Shown in pieces: positions 41,401 to 47,488 of a stretch of 47,782 nucleotides of DNA. Source of the stretch: Oculatellaceae cyanobacterium bins.114 (GTDB lineage Bacteria > Cyanobacteriota > Cyanobacteriia > Elainellales > Elainellaceae). The notes below the pieces were generated by a model. It was given only the letters and a program-made list of their open reading frames with translations, was not told the DNA's origin and did no database searches. Both the position numbers and the translations under genes were made by a program. The DNA is taken from assembly GCA_033764315.1 (NCBI GenBank), contig JANRJA010000186.1, positions 1 to 47,782 of the forward strand. The letters run 5' to 3'. Position 1 is the stretch's first letter, and each line of letters opens with the position of its first letter.

Positions 41401-43765
41401 TTTGCAAAGTGACAGTGACTTCTTCATTAGGGTCAAGCACCGTATCGTCTAATGGCTTTAGGGTAATAAACGCACTACTTTGACCTGCCCCGATCAGAAT
41501 TGAGTTGTCCTCAGTCGAGATGGCATTTCCTGCCTCATCCAGTAACTCATAATCATCTTCTAAATCACCATCAATGACACCAGTGCCACTAACGGTAAAG
41601 TCAACAGTAACTCCATCGGTAGAAGCGTTTTGGAGATTGCCGTTGGCATCAACTAGCTCAACCTTATAGCGTCCGGTAAGTTCGCCTGCCTCTGCTGGGT
41701 TGCCTTCTGCGGTAATGCGCACATAGGGTTCGTTGTCGGCGATCGCTAGATTTGCGCTGGTGGTAGAACCCAATGTGTAGTGATCACTGCGAACCACCGG
41801 ATCTAGGGTAATGATGACATTTTCACCGGGGTCAAAGAAGCTATCGTCGGCTGGTCTTACCTCGATATCTACGGTTCTCTGTCCGGCAGGAACTTCAACC
41901 GTGGAACCCAACTGATAATCACTACCATTGGTTGCGCTTCCCGATAGACTAAATCTGACCGTTAATGCTGCTGGAAAAGCTTCGGATAAGGTCACTCTAA
42001 ACCGACCAGGGGTGGTCAGGTTGCCCTCTGCGGCATCATTTACGCGACTGATCGTGACCGAGGGAAAGTTGAGAACGCCAACCGTTCCAAAAGCGTTTGG
42101 GTTACCAGTGGCGGCAGTATTGTTGCTGAAACTAACCCCCGTTCCTAAAACGACTGCACTGCCATTTACATTTGGATCATCGTGAATGAAGATGGCTCCG
42201 CCTTGCCCCTGCCCGTTTGTTGCACGAGTGCCGTCAGTGGTGGAAGGATCGTTAGCCCCTAAGCCCCCTGTCGCTCGATTATTGATAAAAGAGCTATCAA
42301 TTAAAGCCAGACTCGCGCCATCGCGCACAAAGACAGCCCCACCCAAACCAGCACCGCCACCGCCACCGTGAGGTCCAGTGCCGCCACTCCCACCAAACGA
42401 GCCACCCGCACCACCACGGACATTACCGCCGCCACCGCCGCCACCAAAGCCACCCGCACCGCCAATGCTGCCATCGGGGTCGCCCTGACCGCCGCCACCG
42501 CCGCCACCGCCAGCAAAGCCACCCGCACCGCCAGGGGTTCCACCCACCTCGTCTTGACCAAAACCACCGCCACCGCCTGCGCCATCGCCTCCAGAGGTGC
42601 CACTGGTGCTAGTGTCAGTGCCACCACTACCGGGGGTGCCGCGTAGCAAGCCGCTACTACCACCCGTGCCGCCTGTACCGTCGTTGTTAGGGTTGCCATT
42701 TCCGACAAAACCACCGCCACCGCCACCCCCAACTTTATCACCAAAGCGAAGTTCGCCCCCATTCCCACCGATCGCCCGGTTGTTTTCAAAGATTACGTTA
42801 TCAGCCGTGACAGAACCTCTGTTGATGAACAGGGCACCACCCATGCCAGCACCGCCACCCCCACTAGAAGAACCATTGCCACCATTGCCACCGGTTGCCT
42901 GACCGTCTGTTAATGTCAGGTTAGAGAGGTCAACACTAGCGTCATTAACAAAGAGGATGCGATGACTATTGCCATCAATGCTGTGATTATTACCAACAAA
43001 GGTGATGTCACTGGTAATGGCAGGCAGATCGTTTGTTAGCGCAACATCGGTGGTGAGAATAATTCTGTCCCGTTCAGGGGTTGTGCTGTTGTTGTTGGTG
43101 TTGGCTTGATTAATGGCTTCTCGCAGTGTCGTTATGCCATCCGTTGCGTTAATAGTGTCGCCCGACCCTGTCACTCTAATATCTACCAACACTCCCTTAT
43201 AGGCTGCTTGTACACTGGTCGAAAATGCCAGCGGGGTGTGGATTTCGCCTGTTTGCACATCCAAGTTCCAGTCGCCACCCTGGGTTGTGTTGCCAATAGG
43301 AGTGCTCGAAGCGGCGATCGCGGCTCCAGTTAAGCAACTCAACGCTTGTACAAATGCCTGCCCTTGCTGACCAGAGGCAACGTTGCAACCATACAGCAAA
43401 AGATTAGCGTGCTCTGCTAGCGCATAACGCCACTGTTGAAATTGCGATCGATAAGTATGCAAGTTATCAACATGAAGTGGGGTTGTTCCTAATTGCAAAT
43501 GCCCCGGAGCACCATGACAAACCAAGTGAATCGCTGTGAGATTGGTATGTTTGGCTAACTCTGCCGTGATTTGCTCAATACTATTTTGCTGTGGATCGAG
43601 AATGACAACGTGAATTTCAGGGTTAATGCTAATTGCTAAATAACGATAGTCTTGAACACCTGTATCGATAAATGCCAGTTGTCGAAATGTTGTAATCCGT
43701 TGTTTCAACACTTGCTTTTGCAAATTCAAAGTCTGAACCGCAGTACCAGAAGAAACGGTAGTCAT
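35441..43765 (-). CDS. Giant secreted adhesin-like protein: DUF4347, CSLREA-like, Gly-rich beta-helix, Calx-beta repeats, Ig/cadherin-like, RTX repeats
   Basis: HLVCHGAPG.LQLG/LYGCNVA (DUF4347), TTLREAI, GGAxF/FxxN, ..TITDDE/TIIDND Calx-beta ends, VLANDTDADGD, GGxGxD nonapeptides; AAGGAG RBS before ATG 43765. Confidence 0.88.
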   Translation of the reverse strand: MTTVSSGTAVQTLNLQKQVLKQRITTFRQLAFIDTGVQDYRYLAISINPEIHVVILDPQQNSIEQITAELAKHTNLTAIHLVCHGAPGHLQLGTTPLHVDNLHTYRSQFQQWRYALAEHANLLLYGCNVASGQQGQAFVQALSCLTGAAIAASSTPIGNTTQGGDWNLDVQTGEIHTPLAFSTSVQAAYKGVLVDIRVTGSGDTINATDGITTLREAINQANTNNNSTTPERDRIILTTDVALTNDLPAITSDITFVGNNHSIDGNSHRILFVNDASVDLSNLTLTDGQATGGNGGNGSSSGGGGAGMGGALFINRGSVTADNVIFENNRAIGGNGGELRFGDKVGGGGGGGFVGNGNPNNDGTGGTGGSSGLLRGTPGSGGTDTSTSGTSGGDGAGGGGGFGQDEVGGTPGGAGGFAGGGGGGGGQGDPDGSIGGAGGFGGGGGGGNVRGGAGGSFGGSGGTGPHGGGGGAGLGGAVFVRDGASLALIDSSFINNRATGGLGANDPSTTDGTRATNGQGQGGAIFIHDDPNVNGSAVVLGTGVSFSNNTAATGNPNAFGTVGVLNFPSVTISRVNDAAEGNLTTPGRFRVTLSEAFPAALTVRFSLSGSATNGSDYQLGSTVEVPAGQRTVDIEVRPADDSFFDPGENVIITLDPVVRSDHYTLGSTTSANLAIADNEPYVRITAEGNPAEAGELTGRYKVELVDANGNLQNASTDGVTVDFTVSGTGVIDGDLEDDYELLDEAGNAISTEDNSILIGAGQSSAFITLKPLDDTVLDPNEEVTVTLQNRPGANGQLQDYGVIPTQSSAKLTITDDEVPVKVSFVNTSVETVENGSAQFELVLSEAPLENLTITYQILDTSTATNGVDYTIGNVVVLAGQTTARINVALQNDQIAEGSETLALQLTPGRGYGVGDVDTANLTIIDNDRAGVILSPVALNTSESEGEGSFTVALKSQPVGSVSVNLVSSNVGEGRLLTPSVVFTQENWDISQTVIVRGVNDDIADGAQPYQITATVSSDTDAAYGNPDLGLLDPIATIDVVNADNDIPNILFNKGNLSVTEGGTADTYQIELSTAPTSAVDLTITPDDQVDLGAGTGQPITLTFTPENFAAQTVSVSAVNDTAIEGAHTSILSYTVRSDDPLYRNLVPTQTPVAIADDDLPTVSIQAIGNASEESQVQGVFQVVLNDNQVAPEGGLRVNYRVGGTVQPNDYLPLFNQVVIPAGESGETITIDSVDDGIEEANPEVNERLSLTLEAGSGYQIGTSSSDSIFISDTDKAGVQIVQTNGSTNVTEGGRFDSYQVIVTSQPESDVIINFATDDQLVLIDPITFTADNWKTPQVVIVKAIDDSIAEAPHSSVIRHTLESDDPSYQTAAVRAIPDVRVNIRDRTLRGSDIANGLSATFEQLQNILEQSLLSIDLPLVGQVQDFAPAFIERFSRSVVNRVRSAGSPTQLELQQILTDAIIPFFPNVQVTSDSSSEDTTFQINLGDSFSIKDALKDGLGLPALGIDLSGMADVKFDYDLNLAFGVNSTQRFFIDTTQTSIGATINTTLANGFAANGSLGFLPYTFTNDPTDPTRVNLNFNATLKDIDNILGGANDGDRITLQELQTPFQVRDLFDATTTGDANLGLHLRTNFSNSNNPNIPGFVGDLSADWTPLSYDADGQLTNVQVPTIALNNSGLDIGTFATNFIKPIVDAINPVLKPLRPILQALETDTKIFYQISNSLGRRFDGDGDGKVTLLELAEKVASLSPDSRFNPALIRAIIALDRVIDQAADLPKGTSIVLDRGSYELEGFDATNPDGSIYTANLTRTDNRVDLVGNITDALIQSFQQLDGLDLPILTDPESTAQMILGQPVTLFTYDLPELAIEFERTQEFPIFSIPNIGGINGLLKGKFSASAELGFGFDTSGLLRWRDTNFSTDPADIVLPFDGFFLRDWNADGEDKPELTFDASLALGLGLSVTVLSGYIYGGIRGVVGVDLVDEGEPEGTSDGNIHFSEIMPRLTTAPWELFDLDGSLSAFVGAEVLLAGNTVYETNLATFQLANFSIGASGSSFQGAGIDPYLAGATVFLDANFNGIQEATEPFTFTNRDGSFDLVVPLPDFDFNENGVIDPSEGRLVFIDGVDTSTLLPQITPLTAVIGATTITPLTTIIAERVGDGETVEQAETQVNVALGLPTSLDLNQYDALQAIATGDVNGIQVFAAQARVQNLIVQISRLLKGGSAQSDLEVANRAIDAIATLFSAPVNFSDATQVQSLLNSLNTTLNPAILTGVVNLLVEQSQRIDGILASPLSLREQAIAIAKVQKVAQGEVASDLQAVADGTKPIAEAIAENTGSALTQQLSDAFVKDPIDRPNLQNTSPVANQDSVILLDAGSLIINVLANDTDADGDALNVSAVFQPANGQVVLNADGTVTYTPNVGFSGTDEFAYVAQDANRGVAIGNVTVDVIYKNYIGTAGNDVFVGGSGSDRFVGNGGQDRFVIGANGGSDVIADFGGVGQGGTPTEPLLQEADTLQFQGAGLTARNLVLTQTGSDLELTFEGVANTQVTLKDFALENLDNLKRLTGGKVNIANILFDGQTTVQDSFDVVNANFTRGRVASRNTVTFLNDRNNVISGRDASNDVINAQGGNDQVRGFQGDDLLRGGAGDDWLDGGVGNDTLVGASGADQFVFTSTQKFNRDFGVDTIRDFSNAEGDKIVLSQQSFQALTGSTAGMLTANTFAVISAPSNGAAAGLGAKLVYNSTTGSLLYNENGAAAGLGRGGLFAILANQPALTVSDFVLR

Positions 43766-44128
43766 GATCAATCTCCTTTAAGATTGGGGGCAGATCGTTT
43801 TGAGGAGGGTTAAAATTCCCTGATTTACTCTTTGATATGGACAGCTTTTGAGATTTATGCAACAACATTCCAAAAAACTTTTTGAGTTTACCAATCTTGA
43901 TATGGCAATGTTGTTTAAATGCAGTTCGATCTCATTTTTCAGTCCAACAATTTTCAATATCGTTTTCCAGAAATCCCCTGTAAAGGAAGTTCCAAGCGAC
44001 AATATTGAATGTCCGTCTCCAGCTTCAGAAGTAATTCTATGAATTACGTAACTCTTGTATTTTTGATATTGAAGTAGCGATATCGATAAGTTACGTCAAT
44101 GTAATTTTGCGATGAATTACAGATGTGA

Positions 44129-44144
44129 TGTGACGTATATCACA
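44129..44144. promoter_or_regulatory. CRP-family binding site (perfect)
   Basis: TGTGA-CGTATA-TCACA. Confidence 0.75.
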
Positions 44145-44263
44145 AGTTTTATCATGTGCATTGTTATATGTTAACCAGCAAAATTTATATCACTGAAATA
44201 GAAAGTTAAAAATTACTACGTTATATTTAAATATTTTGATTTTGCGTCGAATTACAAGCCAGT

Positions 44264-44279
44264 GGTGATACACATCACA
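44264..44279. promoter_or_regulatory. CRP-family binding site (9/10)
   Basis: GGTGA-TACACA-TCACA within a diverged duplicate of the 44104-44203 segment. Confidence 0.65.
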
Positions 44280-44397
44280 AGCTTTATGAATTATATTGCT
44301 ACGTGATAATTGAAATGAGTGATTCATTGAAATAGACACAGACAAAGCCTAAGCCCTTTGTTCTTTAAGGGCGATTTTACAACCCATTCAGAATTGC

Positions 44398-44490
44398 TAT
44401 AGCAATCCCAATTGGGTTGTGAGAGGCGCATCCCAACGGGGTGCGCCTCTCACAACCCGCTAATCTCACAAATGATTTAGGACTGCTATA
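44398..44490. repeat. TATAGC-family MITE-like element (best-preserved copy)
   Basis: TATAGCAATCCCAATTGGGTTGTGAGAGGCGCATCCC-aac-GGGGTGCGCCTCTCACAACCC...TGATTTAGGACTGCTATA; an inverted partial end at about 44377-44401 shares its TATA. Confidence 0.85.
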
Positions 44491-44714
44491 TCTATATTTA
44501 GGTATTAATTTATGTGCTCAGTATCACCAAGTAGTTGTGACTGAAAGCTTGTCTTTTTACAAATATCCTCAACTCAATCAGGAGCTAACTACACCCGCCA
44601 CAGTTCTTTCCTTAAGTAATGATTATCCTGACAGGGGCGATCGCCACCCGTAATAGTGAAAGACCGCTCTCAAGAAAGATGAAGAGCAGTTAGATGTGTA
44701 GCCCAGAAAAGTGA

Positions 44715-45239
44715 ATGGTATTAGGCATGTATACAGTTCCTAAGCCTGTACTTCGAGAGCGTCTCTCGCGGATCAAGTTGCTTGCTTTAGATGTCGATGG
44801 TGTCTTAACCGATGGGGGATTGTACTACACCGATAACGGCATGGAGCTAAAACGGTTTAATGCCAAAGATGGGCAAGGTATTCAGATGGTGATGAAAGCT
44901 GGAATTCGAGTGGCGATCGTCACGACCAGTACCTCTCGTGCGGTGGTTCACCGGGCACAACGACTAGGCATTCGGTTCGTCTTTACGGGAGTTGAAGACA
45001 AGCTCATTGTGCTTAAAGACTTGTGCAACCAGTTAAAAATTACGCTGGCACAAGTCGCATATGTCGGAGATGACATTATCGATCTGCCGATTTTGCAGTT
45101 GGTTGGTTGCCCGCTAACCGTTGCTGATGCCATGCCCGAAAACCAGGATTCTGCTATTTATATCACTCGCTTGGCAGGAGGACAGGGCTGTGTGCGTGAG
45201 ATTTGCACCATCTTATTAGAGGCTCAAGCCAAAGCCTGA
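44715..45239 (+). CDS. KdsC/YrbI-family HAD phosphatase
   Basis: LDVDGVLTDG, FNAKDG.GI, YVGDDIIDLP, GGQGCVRE. Confidence 0.88.
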   Translation: MVLGMYTVPKPVLRERLSRIKLLALDVDGVLTDGGLYYTDNGMELKRFNAKDGQGIQMVMKAGIRVAIVTTSTSRAVVHRAQRLGIRFVFTGVEDKLIVLKDLCNQLKITLAQVAYVGDDIIDLPILQLVGCPLTVADAMPENQDSAIYITRLAGGQGCVREICTILLEAQAKA

Positions 45240-45244
45240 TACCT

Positions 45245-46069
45245 ATGAAAACAGACATTTTAATTATTGAAGCAGGACGAACTGAAAAGCAATATTGGCA
45301 GGATTTGTGGCGTTATCGAGAGTTATTTTATTTCTTAGCGTGGCGAGATATTTTGGTGCGCTATAAACAAACAGCGATCGGCGTTGCCTGGGCACTGATT
45401 CGCCCATTTTTGACGATGGTAGTGTTTACAATTGTCTTCGGCAAACTGGCACAGCTTCCCTCCAACGGAGCACCCTACCCTATTCTGGTGTTTGCGGCGA
45501 TGTTGCCCTGGCAGTTTTTTGCCAATGCCCTATCCGAGTGCAGCAATAGTTTAATCAGCAACGCCAACCTGATTTCAAAAGTCTACTTTCCTCGATTGGT
45601 TGTGCCTGCTAGTGCAGTGATTGTTAGTTTTGTAGATTTTATGATTTCAGGCATCATTTTGTTGGGGTTATTGGCTTGGTATGACTTTGTCCCAACTTGG
45701 CGAATTGTGATGCTGCCACTGTTTATTCTGATCGCATTCGCTGCATCAATAGGAGTGGGGTTATGGTTGGCAGCACTCAATGTAAAGTATCGCGATTTCC
45801 GCTACATTGTGCCGTTTATTGTGCAATTCGGGCTATATATTTCACCCGTCGGCTTTAGCAGCAGCATCGTGCCAGAAGAATGGCGGTTGATCTATTCGCT
45901 AAATCCAATGGTGGGGGTAATTGATGGATTTCGGTGGGCCATTATTGGCAAGGAAGCACCGTTATATTGGCCTGGGTTTGCCATCTCGCTGGTGTTGGTT
46001 GGGGTGGTTCTCGTCAGCGGTGTTTGGTATTTTCGTAAGGTGGAACGGACTTTTGCTGATGTGATTTAA
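45245..46069 (+). CDS. wzm: Polysaccharide ABC exporter permease (Wzm)
   Basis: YRELFYFLAWRDILVRYKQT, LISKVYFPR, NPMVGVIDGFR, ERTFADVI. Confidence 0.92.
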   Translation: MKTDILIIEAGRTEKQYWQDLWRYRELFYFLAWRDILVRYKQTAIGVAWALIRPFLTMVVFTIVFGKLAQLPSNGAPYPILVFAAMLPWQFFANALSECSNSLISNANLISKVYFPRLVVPASAVIVSFVDFMISGIILLGLLAWYDFVPTWRIVMLPLFILIAFAASIGVGLWLAALNVKYRDFRYIVPFIVQFGLYISPVGFSSSIVPEEWRLIYSLNPMVGVIDGFRWAIIGKEAPLYWPGFAISLVLVGVVLVSGVWYFRKVERTFADVI

Positions 46070-46205
46070 GGAGATGAAATCTTTGGCGATGGGAAGCCGC
46101 CCCTCCTGCGGAATAATCGCCAACCTGATCTACTGCCTTTATGGTAAATAAGGCGATCGCCCCATGTCAAAGCGTCCGCAATTCTCGTAAAAATAACCAC
46201 ATATG

Positions 46206-46253
46206 GCGTGGTGCGTTACATTTCATTAACGCACCCTACAAGATCGGCGATCG
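46206..46253 (-). repeat. GTAG-type REP palindrome followed by a HIP1-like site (copy 1)
   Basis: Minus strand GTAG-GGTGCGTTA-N8-TAACGCACC; plus strand continues CTACAAGATCGGCGATCG. Confidence 0.75.
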
Positions 46254-46300
46254 TACTAAAAGCACAAATCTTTAGATGTCTATGTTTACTATAAAATGCG

Positions 46301-46386
46301 GTCTAACGCCAAGCTCACCGGACGCAGACAACTTTTGTAACAAGCAGACCATATTGAAATGTCCTGGCGCAGCGCGATTGTTAGAG
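46301..46386 (-). other. Integron attC recombination site (86 bp)
   Basis: Minus strand R'' CTCTAAC (overlapping the gene stop) - AATCGC - L'' GCT[G]CGCC ... L' GGTGAGC - TTGGC - R' GTTAGAC; one extra base in L''. Confidence 0.8.
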
Positions 46387-47120
46387 GACATTTCGCTGAG
46401 ATAGAGGCAATCTGGTAAAACCGACTAAAGGTAGTTCTTTATAAAACAAAAGCAACCAAATAATTGAATTTGGGTCTTCCTCAGTTTCCTTGAATGTGTA
46501 AGAAAATATCCCATCTTGAACTATATGTAGCTGAGGAAAATGAACTTCAGTTAACTGTTCAAGAATTGGTTCTAATCCAAACTGTTGAATACTGGTAAAA
46601 ACTTCGTATCCTGCTGGCACAGCATATCCCTTTTCATGAAAGAAAAGCCCTCGAATAATACGTTGCGCAACTCTATCGATACGCTCTATATCAAGTTGAA
46701 ATGCCGGTTCTTTACCAAGAAAGATTCCTGTTTTAGTAACGATTTCAACCTCCTTAATACTTTTCAGGATAGTTCTTGAAAACCCTCTCTGCTTCTGCCT
46801 GCTCACAGAACGAACTAAGGAATCAATAGCGCCTTGAGCTAAGGGTGTCTCAGAGACTTTTGCAGAAGAAAGGATGGCCGCCCGAAAATACTCGTCATCT
46901 TTAGACCACCCTGCTTGGCAAGTTTCACAACAAGGAACAGTAATAAGATTTGAAGATCTAGGTTGTGGGAAAAGGTTTCTAGGGGGAATATGGTCATTGG
47001 TTAGTGGTCGTGTTTCTGCACAATATGCACATCGACCATTTTTTTTAGGCTGATTCATAAAAATAGCTAGATACGCAATTGGGCTGGTAAAAGTAGAACT
47101 TAGATGATCTTGCCCTCTAA
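46307..47120 (-). mobile_element. Solitary integron gene cassette
   Basis: Begins at G|TTAGAG (47121-47115), the exact complement of its own R'' CTCTAAC; single AT-rich, HIP1-free ORF ending in attC. Confidence 0.78.
46381..47058 (-). CDS. HNH-like (CxxC..DH..CxxC) nuclease domain protein, cassette-borne
   Basis: CAYC...TNDHIPP.NLFP...LITVPCCETCQ...DDEYFR plus an uncharacterised C-terminal domain. Confidence 0.75.
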   Translation of the reverse strand: MNQPKKNGRCAYCAETRPLTNDHIPPRNLFPQPRSSNLITVPCCETCQAGWSKDDEYFRAAILSSAKVSETPLAQGAIDSLVRSVSRQKQRGFSRTILKSIKEVEIVTKTGIFLGKEPAFQLDIERIDRVAQRIIRGLFFHEKGYAVPAGYEVFTSIQQFGLEPILEQLTEVHFPQLHIVQDGIFSYTFKETEEDPNSIIWLLLFYKELPLVGFTRLPLSQRNVL

Positions 47121-47185
47121 CAATATTATTAGAGTGATTTTTTCAATCTAATCCTTTGTAGACACAAATAGATTGAAAAAATCAC
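47115..47185 (-). other. attI-like core plus 17-bp perfect inverted repeat
   Basis: CTCTAAC-AATATT-ATTAGAG (47115-47134); GTGATTTTTTCAATCTA (47134-47150) / TAGATTGAAAAAATCAC (47169-47185). Confidence 0.5.
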
Positions 47186-47340
47186 GCCATTTGAAGAATT
47201 AGGGTCTTAGATTAATTGAATTTCTCTGCATGTTAACCCTTGCTTAAATGAGATGCCCTGTTATTTAACATTTTTCTAATTCTCTGAAGGATATTTGCAT
47301 CCTAATATGCCAATTCTTCACTTGGATTGATAGTTTATGA

Positions 47341-47385
47341 GATGGGTTACGCTGCGCTAACACCTCCTACAAGATTGGCGATCGC
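47341..47385 (-). repeat. GTAG-type REP palindrome followed by HIP1 (copy 2)
   Basis: Plus strand GATGGGTTA-N8-TAACACCTC-CTACAAGATTGGCGATCGC; same orientation and tail as copy 1. Confidence 0.72.
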
Positions 47386-47488
47386 GCCAAAAATGAGGGG
47401 CAAAAGTTCCTCATCTATAATAGGTTTCTCTTAGCACTTCAAGTGGATTAACAGAAGTTTTAGAGGATTTGCAAAGAGCGATGCCCTT

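Noticed and set aside
42186..42902. Pro/Thr/Ala-rich ORFs in other frames
   Set aside because: Shadows of the Gly-rich segment of the giant adhesin
43629..44653. Small ORFs upstream of the adhesin
   Set aside because: AT-rich regulatory or MITE-derived sequence with no recognisable motifs or RBS
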